Shown piece by piece: positions 1 through 7,945 of a DNA stretch of 30,800 nucleotides. The stretch comes from Polyangiales bacterium (lineage in GTDB: Bacteria > Myxococcota_A > Polyangia > Polyangiales > Polyangiaceae), in contig JBBRLQ010000053.1 of NCBI GenBank assembly GCA_038231275.1, positions 1 to 30,800 on the forward strand. The letters are read 5' to 3'. The translations under genes and the position numbers were made by a program. Each line of letters starts with the position of its first letter. Within the stretch, counting starts at the first letter, position 1. The notes under the pieces are model-generated. The model was not told the DNA's origin. It worked only from the letters and a program-made list of their open reading frames with translations, and ran no database searches.

Positions 1-441
1 GGTCAGCAGGCGCGCGCGAATGGGGATGGGCCGGCGCCGGCGGCGGACACGGGCGGCGGGTGGAGCACGGGGAAGACGGTCACGGTGATCTCGCTCGGCG
101 TGGCGGCAGCGGGTGCGATCGTGGGTGGCGTGGTGCTCAAGCTCGGGCAGGACTCGGCGCAGACGGACGCGCAGGCGATCGCGGCGGCGAACCCGGGCCT
201 CAACTGCCCCGCGAATCCGAACGCCGGGGCGTGCTCGCAGCTCGCCGACAAGAAGAGCACCTACGACTCGGATCGCACGTTGTCGGTGGTCATGTTTGGT
301 GTCGGTGGGGCGCTCGCGGCGGGCGCCGTGGCGACGGCGTTCTTGTGGCCGAACGAAAAGGGCGCGCCGCAAAAGGGGAGTCGGCTCGTTCCCGCGGTGA
401 CCGCGGGCGGGATGTCGTTGCAGTGGGTCGGTCGGTTCTGA
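1..441 (+). CDS. 5'-truncated CDS; C-terminal part of a probable PEGA/TPR-type outer-membrane-associated protein
   Basis: Frame is open from base 1 (GQQARANGDGPAPAADTGGGWSTGKTVTVISLG...). It has two hydrophobic Gly/Ala-rich helices flanking a Cys pair and a terminal amphipathic beta strand ending in Phe (GGMSLQWVGRF). This C-terminal layout is typical of myxobacterial PEGA-domain proteins, but the PEGA domain itself lies outside the window. Confidence 0.6.
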   Translation, partial: GQQARANGDGPAPAADTGGGWSTGKTVTVISLGVAAAGAIVGGVVLKLGQDSAQTDAQAIAAANPGLNCPANPNAGACSQLADKKSTYDSDRTLSVVMFGVGGALAAGAVATAFLWPNEKGAPQKGSRLVPAVTAGGMSLQWVGRF

Positions 442-445
442 GGGC

Positions 446-2074
446 ATGACGATGCGACGAATCTTCGTGATGGCGGCGATGGCGGCCGGGGCGGGCGCGG
501 CCTTGGTGGCGTGCGGGTCGAGCTCGGACGACTTGTGCGAGTTCAGCGGCACGTGCGGCGGCGCGACGCCGGGCGACGGCGGCGGACCCGATGGGGACGC
601 GACGGTGAAGCCGGATTCGCCGATCGGAACAGACGGGAGCGACGACGGGAGCAACGACGGCGGGCTCGACGCACTGCCGGATACAGCTCCGCCCGGATGC
701 GAGCCGGGCAAGGACCCGAAGGACTCGCCGCCGTGCGTCACCGACGACTACGGCATTTTCGTGTCACCGAAGGGGAGCGACTCTGCTGCGGGGACGATGG
801 CTGCGCCCGTGCAGACGATCGCGACGGCCCTCACGAAGACGGACGCGAAGCATCCGCGCATCTACGTCTGCGCGACCGCGGGCGACTTCAAAGAGCAGAT
901 CAGCGTGACGGCGGCGAACGACGGCCTCGGGATCTACGGCGGCTGGGACTGCACGAAGTCCGGCTGGCCGTACACGGGAACCACCGGCGCGGCGACCTTG
1001 AGCAAGGTAGATCCGGCGAAGGGGGTTGCCCTCAAGATCGTGGGCACCGCGAATGGCGTCACGATTGAGGACGTTCAAGTGGAGGGCAGCGCGGACATCG
1101 CGGTGTCCGGTGACTCGGCGATCGCGGTGTTCGCGTCGAACGCGAAGGTGACGTTCAAGCGCGTCGCAATGGTCGCCCATGACGGAATCGCGGGCCAGGC
1201 CGGACCCGATGGAATCGCGGGCCCGAATTGGGCTGGGACTCCGACGGCGGGGAAGAGTGGCGACACGAACAATGGCGGCGCGCAGGTGGACTGCTCTTGC
1301 AATGACCTGACGACGTCGCATGGCGGCGCGGGTGGCGGGAAGAACGGCGGAGGCTTGCCAGGGTTCTCCTCCCCCGACGCCGGGTACGCTTCCGGCGGAA
1401 ACTCGGGCTGCTCACCGGGTACGTCGGGACCGAACGGCACAATCGGCGGCCAATCCGCTGGTGCGGCCTCGAGCGGCACACTTGATGCGAACGGATGGAA
1501 GGCATCGACGGTGATCGGCCAGGCGGGGGTCACCGGCCGGCCTGCGTCGGGCGGCGGCGGCGGCGGCGGAGATGGCGCTGGCGGCGGCGGCGGTGGCGGC
1601 TGTGGCGGTTGCGGCGGGAGCGGTGGCAAGGCCGGTACGACCGGCGGATCGAGCTTCGCGCTGCTCGTGTACCAGTCCGTGGCCTCGGCAACCGTTACCT
1701 TACTGCAAAGCACGCTTAAGGCTGGCAACGCAGGCGTTGGTGCGAAGGGTGGCACAGGCCAGCCGGGTCAAGCCGGCGCAGGACGAGGAACCGGGGCATG
1801 CGGTGGAGGCATCGGCGGTAACGGGCCGGGCGGCGGTGGCGGCGGCGGTGGCGCTGGGGGAATCTCCGCCGCGATCGCGTACCACGGCACGGAGCCGACC
1901 GTTGACGGCGCGACCGCGGCGGCTTTGACTCCCGGCCTCAAGGGCGACGCGGGCGCAGGCGGTGGCGGCGGCCTTGGTGGATTCCAAAATCTCGGCGACA
2001 CCCAGGCCTCGACCGGTGCAGCGGGGCTCGCCGGCGCGGACGGCGTCACACAGCCGAAGGTGCTCATCCCGTAA
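446..2074 (+). CDS. Gly-rich PGRS-like lipoprotein with DUF1565/beta-helix-like N-terminal domain
   Basis: Signal peptide with lipobox ALVA-C; motif IFVSPKGSDSAAGTMAAPVQTIATAL; long Gly-rich C-terminal half; starts 4 bp after the upstream stop. Confidence 0.8.
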   Translation: MTMRRIFVMAAMAAGAGAALVACGSSSDDLCEFSGTCGGATPGDGGGPDGDATVKPDSPIGTDGSDDGSNDGGLDALPDTAPPGCEPGKDPKDSPPCVTDDYGIFVSPKGSDSAAGTMAAPVQTIATALTKTDAKHPRIYVCATAGDFKEQISVTAANDGLGIYGGWDCTKSGWPYTGTTGAATLSKVDPAKGVALKIVGTANGVTIEDVQVEGSADIAVSGDSAIAVFASNAKVTFKRVAMVAHDGIAGQAGPDGIAGPNWAGTPTAGKSGDTNNGGAQVDCSCNDLTTSHGGAGGGKNGGGLPGFSSPDAGYASGGNSGCSPGTSGPNGTIGGQSAGAASSGTLDANGWKASTVIGQAGVTGRPASGGGGGGGDGAGGGGGGGCGGCGGSGGKAGTTGGSSFALLVYQSVASATVTLLQSTLKAGNAGVGAKGGTGQPGQAGAGRGTGACGGGIGGNGPGGGGGGGGAGGISAAIAYHGTEPTVDGATAAALTPGLKGDAGAGGGGGLGGFQNLGDTQASTGAAGLAGADGVTQPKVLIP

Positions 2075-2346
2075 TCCAGGGGTGGCGATGGCGGCAACGG
2101 CGGTGGCGGCAGCGGCGGCGGCGGGCTGTCTTTCGGCATTGCGTATCGCGGCACCGCACCGACGATCGACGGCGCTCCGAAACATCGGCCGACACGTTGC
2201 CCGCTGTCACTCTAGGAACTCCGGGTCCACTCGGCGGTGGCCGCGGGCTCGGCGCCGCCGCAACGACGAATGGCAACGGCGGTATTGCGGGAGTCGTGGG
2301 CGGTTCCGGCACCGCTGGCGTCGCGAAGGCCGTCATCGGGTTCTGA
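2075..2346 (+). pseudogene. Orphan, frameshifted C-terminal fragment of a paralogous PGRS-like lipoprotein
   Basis: In frame directly after TAA 2072-2074 it reads GGDGGNGGGGSGGGGLSFGIAYRGTAPTIDGAP, matching GGAGGISAAIAYHGTEPTVDGAT of the intact gene. After a frameshift near 2177-2182 it continues TSADTLPAVTLGTPGPLGGGRGLGAAATTNGNGGIAGVVGGSGTAGVAKAVIGF* (TGA 2344-2346). No start codon. Confidence 0.75.
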
Positions 2347-2624
2347 CTCACGCGCCGTGAGAGCACTCGCGCGAAGTGGAACCCGCCCCTGAGCGCGCGG
2401 AAGCGACGTGCGGGTCGCGTGTGATGCGTGCATTGTGCACGCACGTCGCTGAGCACGCGATTTGGGGCGGGTCGGCGACGCGTAGCGGCGCCGGGGTGGG
2501 GCAGCCCTTCTCCTTCTCCTCATGGCTCCGACGCCGGGCTCCAGTTTCATCGCGGCGCCGCGACTCTCGCGACCGGCGCTCGCGCACCGGGTAGGGCTCG
2601 AGGGGTCACGTCAAACGGGTCGGA

Positions 2625-2645
2625 ATACGTGCATTATACATGCAT
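2625..2645. promoter_or_regulatory. Possible transcription-factor site: direct repeat ATAC(G/A)TGCAT with 11-bp period in an AT-rich patch upstream of the DUF3494 gene
   Basis: ATACGTGCAT (2625-2634) T ATACATGCAT (2636-2645), 9/10 identical and one helical turn apart, in an unusually AT-rich spot. Confidence 0.3.
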
Positions 2646-2842
2646 AAATCGACGTCGCGCCGTTCGATCGGTCGTCGCTCTGCGCGCGGCGGGAATGTCG
2701 ACGTAACCGCCTCACTCGGCGCACGAACGCCTCGTTGCATGCGCCAGGTTCCGTGTCGTTGCGAGCGGCTGAGATCTTGCGTAGGGCTCCCCCGATCGCC
2801 GCTACACGAGCCTGGCGAGAAAAAAGAATTGGAGTAGCGCTC

Positions 2843-3907
2843 ATGCGTCGATCCCTTCGCCTCCCGCGCTTCGCGGTGGGGCTGACCCTCGTTTCTTATG
2901 CCGCGTTTCTCACGGCAGCTTGCGGCGGAACCGACGTCGTCGACGATCCCGATGCCGCGCCCCAGCCCGACGCCACGGCGGACGGCACGCTCCCCGACGG
3001 GCGCGGCCCCGACGCCACGCGTGACGGCACCACCGACGTCGATGTTCCCGATGTCCAGAACGACACCTCTCGCCCCGACGCCGCGGACGCCGCCGTGCGC
3101 GACGCCGACGCCGGAGCTCTCGACGCCGATGCCGGCGCCGATGCAGACGCCACGTCTGACTCCGCTTCCGATGCAGACGCCACGTCTGACTCCGCTTCTG
3201 ACGCGGACGCCACGTCCGACTCCGCTTCCGACGCCGACTCCGCGTCCGATGCCGCCTCCGACGCCGACGCCGGCGACGCCGCGGCTCCGATCCTCTCAAG
3301 CGCGACGAAGTTCGCCATCCTCGCCGGATCGACCATCACCATCTCCGCCACGCCGGGCACTACGATCGTTGGCGACGTGGGCGTCAGCCCCGGAACCTCG
3401 ATCATGACGCTTCCGCCCGGTCAGCCCGTCGGCACCGTTTACGCCGGCGGCCCCGTCGCGGCGCAAGGTCAGGCCGATCTCACCACCGCGTACAACACGC
3501 TCGCCGGCATGGCCTGCGGCACCACGTTGAGCGGCGATCTCGGCGGCCGGACGCTCGCGCCCGGTGTGTACTGCTACCCCGGCACGTCCGCGGGCCTCAC
3601 CGGCGCGCTGGTCCTCGACGCGCAGCTCAATCCAAACGCGGTCTGGGTCATTCAGGTCGGAAGCACCCTGACGACGGCGACCTCGTCGACGGTCACGGTC
3701 ATCAACGGCGGCTCGGCCTGCAACGTCTACTGGCAAGTCGGAAGCTCGGCGACCCTGGGGACCGGAACCGTGTTCAAAGGAAACGTCGTCGCGCTCACCA
3801 GCGTCACGCTCGTCACCGGCGCGACGCTCTTGCCCGGACGCGCGCTCGCGCGAAACGGCGCCGTGACCCTCGATGGAAATCAGCTCTCCGCGGCGACGTG
3901 CCAGTGA
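2843..3907 (+). CDS. DUF3494 ice-binding-protein family lipoprotein with Asp/Ala/Ser-rich stalk
   Basis: GGAG SD at 2831-2834 before ATG 2843; lipobox TAA-C; C-terminal domain with FAILAGSTIT, GDVGVSPG, DLGGRTLAPGVY, NVYWQVGSSATLG, FKGNVVA and GRALARNGAVTLD, characteristic of DUF3494. Confidence 0.9.
   Translation: MRRSLRLPRFAVGLTLVSYAAFLTAACGGTDVVDDPDAAPQPDATADGTLPDGRGPDATRDGTTDVDVPDVQNDTSRPDAADAAVRDADAGALDADAGADADATSDSASDADATSDSASDADATSDSASDADSASDAASDADAGDAAAPILSSATKFAILAGSTITISATPGTTIVGDVGVSPGTSIMTLPPGQPVGTVYAGGPVAAQGQADLTTAYNTLAGMACGTTLSGDLGGRTLAPGVYCYPGTSAGLTGALVLDAQLNPNAVWVIQVGSTLTTATSSTVTVINGGSACNVYWQVGSSATLGTGTVFKGNVVALTSVTLVTGATLLPGRALARNGAVTLDGNQLSAATCQ
3140..3229 (+). repeat. Three tandem 30-bp coding repeats (DADATSDSAS)
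   Basis: GATGCAGACGCCACGTCTGACTCCGCTTCC and near-identical copies at 3140, 3170 and 3200. Confidence 0.9.
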
Positions 3908-3959
3908 GGCGCGCGTACGCAATCTCTCTCTCGCCACGCGGCGGTCTTCAGGAGAATTC

Positions 3960-5777
3960 ATGAAACGTCGTTCCTTACATGCTCGCTCGCTCCAGGCACT
4001 GGCCCTCTGCACCGCGGCGGGCGCGGCGCTCTGCGCATCGGAGGGGAGCGCGCGCGCGCAGAACGCTCCTGGCTTCGCGCTCAACCGCTTCGAGCCGTCC
4101 GAGCGCGGAAGCGAGTGGTTCGCGAACGACACGCTCGATCTCCGCGGCAACCTCCGCCCCGCCCTCGGGATGGTGCTCGACTACGGGTACAAGCCGTACG
4201 TGCTCGTGAACCGTGACGGCTCCGAGAACACGAGCATCATCACCGACCAGCTCTTCTTGCACGTCGGCGGCTCGATCGTCTTGGGATCGCGCATTCGCAT
4301 CGGCGTCAGCCTTCCGCTCCTCCTCACGCAAGACGGCTCGCTCACTGGCGGCGTCGTCGCGGGGCAGCGCGTGATCGGTGCCACCAGCGGCGGCGTCGGC
4401 GATCTCCGCTTCGGCGCAGATCTCCGGCTCGTCGGCGAGTACGGCGATGCCTTCACGCTCGCGATTGGCGGCCGCGTGTGGCTCCCCACCGGCGACGCCG
4501 CGAGCTACCTCGGCGATGACGCCGTCCGCGTCGGTCCGCAGGTGGCCGCCGCCGGCGATATCGGCGCGTTCGTCTACTCGACCACGGTCGGCGTCGTGTA
4601 CCGCGCGAACAACCACGCCTTCCTGGGCCACCCCACCGGCAGCGAGCTCACCTTTGGCGCCGCCGCCGGTGTGCGCGTAGCCGACAAGAAGCTCGTCCTC
4701 GGGCCCGAGCTCTGGGGCAGCACCGTCATCGCCGACTCCGAGGCAATCTTCGCGACGCGCACGACGCCGCTCGCGCTCCTCTTCGGCATGCACTACACCG
4801 CCGGCGACTTTCGCATGGGCCTCGGCGCCGGACCGGGCCTCTCTCCTACGGCAGGCACCGCGGTCTTCCGCGGCCTCGCGTCGTTCGAGTACGCACCGGC
4901 GTTCGTCCCGCCGGCCCCGCCCGTCGAGCCTCCGCCCCCTCCGCCTCCGCCCCCTCCGCCTCCTCCTCCGCCCGATCGCGACGGCGACGGCATCATCGAC
5001 AGCGAAGACGCGTGCCCCGACGTCCCCGGCGTCCGCACCGACGATCCGAAGACGAACGGCTGCCCGAGCGATCGCGACAAGGACGGCATCTACGACGCGG
5101 TCGACGCGTGCCCGGACGTCCCCGGCATCCAGACCGACGATCCGAAGACGAACGGCTGCCCGCCCGATCTCGATCGCGACAAGGACGGCATCCCCAACGA
5201 CGTCGACGCCTGCCCCGACACGCCGGGCCCCAAGAGCGACGATCCGAAGACGAGCGGCTGCCCCCGCGTCTTCATCAAGAACGCGCAGATCCAGATCCTG
5301 GAGCAGCCGAAGTTCGACTTCAACAAGGCCGTCATCAAGAAGGAGAGCGACTCGCTCCTGACCGAGGTCGCCAAAGTGATGAACGACCACCAGGAAATCA
5401 AGCACGTGCGCGTCGAGGGGCACACCGACGGCGTCGGCACGGCGGCGTTCAATCAGGTGCTGTCGCAGCAGCGCGCGCAGGCGGTTGCCACGTGGCTCGT
5501 CGCGCACGGCGTCGACAAGGCGCGCATCGACGCGAAGGGCATGGGCAAGGAGCACCCGATCGCACCGAACGACAACGAGGTCGGCCGCGCCATCAACCGC
5601 CGCGTCGAGTTCCACATCGAGACGCAGGACTCGACGACGCACGAAGAGGTGCGAAAGCCCGGCGGCGGCACCGTGGCCGCGCCGCCAGCGACGAAGCCGA
5701 TCCCGGCCGGCGCCGCGCCGACGCCGAAGAAGGACATCCCGAAGGACGCGCCGCCCTCGCCGATGCCCAAGCCCTAG
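3960..5777 (+). CDS. OmpA-family outer membrane protein with N-terminal beta-rich domain, poly-Pro linker, thrombospondin type-3 repeats and C-terminal OmpA peptidoglycan-binding domain
   Basis: AGGAG SD before ATG 3960; signal peptide ending ARA-Q; three DRDxDGIxDxxDACPD repeats; VEGHTD...LSQQRA...NRRVEF OmpA_C motif. Confidence 0.92.
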   Translation: MKRRSLHARSLQALALCTAAGAALCASEGSARAQNAPGFALNRFEPSERGSEWFANDTLDLRGNLRPALGMVLDYGYKPYVLVNRDGSENTSIITDQLFLHVGGSIVLGSRIRIGVSLPLLLTQDGSLTGGVVAGQRVIGATSGGVGDLRFGADLRLVGEYGDAFTLAIGGRVWLPTGDAASYLGDDAVRVGPQVAAAGDIGAFVYSTTVGVVYRANNHAFLGHPTGSELTFGAAAGVRVADKKLVLGPELWGSTVIADSEAIFATRTTPLALLFGMHYTAGDFRMGLGAGPGLSPTAGTAVFRGLASFEYAPAFVPPAPPVEPPPPPPPPPPPPPPPDRDGDGIIDSEDACPDVPGVRTDDPKTNGCPSDRDKDGIYDAVDACPDVPGIQTDDPKTNGCPPDLDRDKDGIPNDVDACPDTPGPKSDDPKTSGCPRVFIKNAQIQILEQPKFDFNKAVIKKESDSLLTEVAKVMNDHQEIKHVRVEGHTDGVGTAAFNQVLSQQRAQAVATWLVAHGVDKARIDAKGMGKEHPIAPNDNEVGRAINRRVEFHIETQDSTTHEEVRKPGGGTVAAPPATKPIPAGAAPTPKKDIPKDAPPSPMPKP

Positions 5778-5785
5778 GCTTCTTC

Positions 5786-5825
5786 CGAGGGTGCGCTCTG
5801 CGCACTCGCGCAAAGCGCGCCCTCG
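5786..5825 (+). terminator. Long GC-rich hairpin right after the OmpA gene (terminator or mRNA-stabilising stem)
   Basis: CGAGGGTGCGCTCTGCGC-ACTC-GCGCAAAGCGCGCCCTCG forms an 18-bp stem with one mismatch and one G-U pair; only a short T tail follows. Confidence 0.5.
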
Positions 5826-5902
5826 TTGGGGGCGCCGTTGAGCTAGGCACTTTCCCCGCAACTTCCCCACACCCGTGCCGATGGGGCCTCAACGGAGGTC
5901 TC

Positions 5903-7924
5903 ATGACGTTCTCACTTCGAAACGTAGGCTCTCTTTCGCTGTTCCTCTCGCTCCTCGGCGTCGTCGCCGGGTGCACCGGCGGTGACGATTCCGCCGGAGG
6001 TCCCGACGCTGAGGTCGTCGACGCAGGGCCGTCCACGCAAGACGCGTGGCATCCGCTCGGCGATTCGGCCGACTCGTCCGCGCCGCCGAACGACGCATCA
6101 GGCCCGGTTGGCGCGTTCACCGTGGGTGGCACGCTGAAGGGGCTGCTCGGAACTGGGCTCGTACTGCGGAACAATGGCAGCGAATCGCTCGCGGTCGCGG
6201 CCGACGGTGCATTCACCTTCGCGTCGCGCATCTCCACGGGTGACGCTTACGCCGTAAGCGTGCGCGCTCGACCTTCGAGTCCCGCGCAAATTTGCTCGGT
6301 CGCCAACGGCAACGGGACGATGGGAAGCGGCAACGTTACCGACGTCACCGTCACGTGCTCCGTCGCGGCACTCAAGGTCGGCGGACAGGTCGTCGGCCTC
6401 GCGGGGCAGGGCCTCGCGCTTCAGAACGAGGGGGGTGACGACCTCTCGATCTCCAAAAATGGCGCCTTCACGTTTCCGACGCCGATCGCAAGCGGTGCAC
6501 CGTTCGACGTCAAGGTGAAGAGCCAGCCGTGGGGGCCGGTGCAGACGTGCACGGTCTCTGGAGGATCGGGGACGAGCGGCAACGTCGACGTCACGAGCGT
6601 CGTCGTCAATTGCGGGACGAACTCGTACACGGCGGGCGGCACGGTCACCGGTCTCGGCGGTGCCCTCGTCCTTCAGAACGAAGGGCACAGCGATCTCACC
6701 GTGACGGCAAACGGCTCGTTCGCATTTTCCCCCCAAGCAAGCGGTACGCCGTACTCCGTGACGATCAAGACGCAGCCGTCCAGCCCGGTGCAGGTATGCA
6801 CCGTGACGAATGGCTCCGGCACCGTGACGAACGCAAGTGTCACGAGCATCGGCATATCGTGCGACACCACCACTTTCACGCTGGGCGGAACCGTCGTCGG
6901 TGATCCGCCGGCCGGCCTCCATCTTCTCAATGGCGGCGTGCAGCTTCCCGTGTCGCTGGTCACGGCCGGACCCTTCACGAGCACCGCACGCATCCTCAGC
7001 GGCGCGAAATATTCGTTGAGCACTGCGGTGTCGTCGGGCTCGGGATTGAACTGCTCGATCACGAACGCCACCGGAACCGTGACGAACGCGGATGTGGCCA
7101 ACGTGATCATCACTTGTCCCCACGCCGGCTGGGTGTCGCGCGCGCCAATGCCGACCGCGCGCGCGGGCGTCGCGGCGACCGTGGGCAACGACACGCGTAT
7201 CTACGTCCTCGGCGGTTTCGGTGCGGGCGGCCAACCGCTCGCGACGGCCGAAGCGTACACGCCGTCCGACGACACCTGGACGAAGCTCCCGAACATGCCG
7301 ACCGCGCGCACGTTCCTGGGCGCGGCCACCGGCGCCGACGGGCGAATCTACGCGATCGGCGGCGGCTTCGGAGAAACCGCCCTCCCGACCGTCGAGATCT
7401 ATACGCCGAGCACGAACACATGGAGCACGGGTGTTCCGCTCGCCGCCAGCGCCGTTCGCATCGCGGCGTCGATGGGGCCCGACGGCAACATCTACGCGTT
7501 CGGCCGGGACCGGATGCAAGTGCTCACGCCCGGAGGTACCGCGTGGGCTGTGAGCGACATGCCGGTCGCGCGTGGCACGGCGCCACTCGGCGTCGCCAAC
7601 TCGAACGGCGCGCTCTACGTCCTCGGTGGTGGCGTTTTCGAGGCCTTCAAGCCGGGCAGCGGGTGGTCGTCGACCGTCTCGGACCCCTTCATGAGCCAGT
7701 CGATTCTTGCGGACGCTTACGGCTACCTTTACTCGTTCGGGCTGAAGACGGCGACCTTCGACTACTCGAAGGGCGCCTGGGTCCAATCGGTCCCCGTGAT
7801 GATTCGGCCGCGAACCTCGGTGGCGGCGGCGGGGGTCTTTCCAATCCTCGACAGGTACTTCTACGTCTTCGGCGGCACCGCCGATGGCACGACGCCGCTC
7901 GCCGATGTCGAAGTGCTTCGCTGA
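5903..7924 (+). CDS. Lipoprotein with four tandem ~85-aa disulfide-containing beta-rich repeats and a C-terminal Kelch beta-propeller
   Basis: GGAGG SD before ATG 5903; lipobox VAG-C; repeats xxxGGxVxGL..LxLxN...GxFxF...YxV...QxCxV..GxG...NVTxVxVxC; Kelch motifs MPTAR...IYVLGG, MPTAR...IYAIGG, LYVLGG, FYVFGG. Confidence 0.85.
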   Translation: MTFSLRNVGSLSLFLSLLGVVAGCTGGDDSAGGPDAEVVDAGPSTQDAWHPLGDSADSSAPPNDASGPVGAFTVGGTLKGLLGTGLVLRNNGSESLAVAADGAFTFASRISTGDAYAVSVRARPSSPAQICSVANGNGTMGSGNVTDVTVTCSVAALKVGGQVVGLAGQGLALQNEGGDDLSISKNGAFTFPTPIASGAPFDVKVKSQPWGPVQTCTVSGGSGTSGNVDVTSVVVNCGTNSYTAGGTVTGLGGALVLQNEGHSDLTVTANGSFAFSPQASGTPYSVTIKTQPSSPVQVCTVTNGSGTVTNASVTSIGISCDTTTFTLGGTVVGDPPAGLHLLNGGVQLPVSLVTAGPFTSTARILSGAKYSLSTAVSSGSGLNCSITNATGTVTNADVANVIITCPHAGWVSRAPMPTARAGVAATVGNDTRIYVLGGFGAGGQPLATAEAYTPSDDTWTKLPNMPTARTFLGAATGADGRIYAIGGGFGETALPTVEIYTPSTNTWSTGVPLAASAVRIAASMGPDGNIYAFGRDRMQVLTPGGTAWAVSDMPVARGTAPLGVANSNGALYVLGGGVFEAFKPGSGWSSTVSDPFMSQSILADAYGYLYSFGLKTATFDYSKGAWVQSVPVMIRPRTSVAAAGVFPILDRYFYVFGGTADGTTPLADVEVLR

Positions 7925-7945
7925 TCGGATGACGTAGCGCGCGAC

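Noticed and set aside
2072..2215. Programmed stop-codon readthrough extending the PGRS-like protein
   Set aside because: TAA is a poor readthrough codon and the downstream copy is frameshifted, so a relic is the simpler explanation.
4915..4975. CCG/CCT triplet run, and GGC runs in the Gly-rich genes, as contingency microsatellites
   Set aside because: These encode ordinary poly-Pro and poly-Gly linkers with mixed synonymous codons.
5844..5861. Possible sigma-54 promoter AGGCACTTTCCCCGCA upstream of the Kelch lipoprotein
   Set aside because: Has GG-N10-GC spacing but lacks the TGGC and TTGC consensus; likely chance in GC-rich DNA.
3975..5870. Long antisense and off-frame ORFs (e.g. 3975..5870 -, 6098..7786 -, 8972..10579 +, 10261..11982 -, 25209..26873 -, 26054..28474 +)
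   Set aside because: Shadow ORFs expected in high-GC DNA; they overlap well-supported genes and are Arg/Pro/Ala-rich with no motifs.
5012..5902. N-terminal ~297 aa of the 970-aa ORF 5012..7924
   Set aside because: Arg-rich off-frame overlap with the OmpA gene; the real start is ATG 5903 with a GGAGG SD and a lipoprotein signal.
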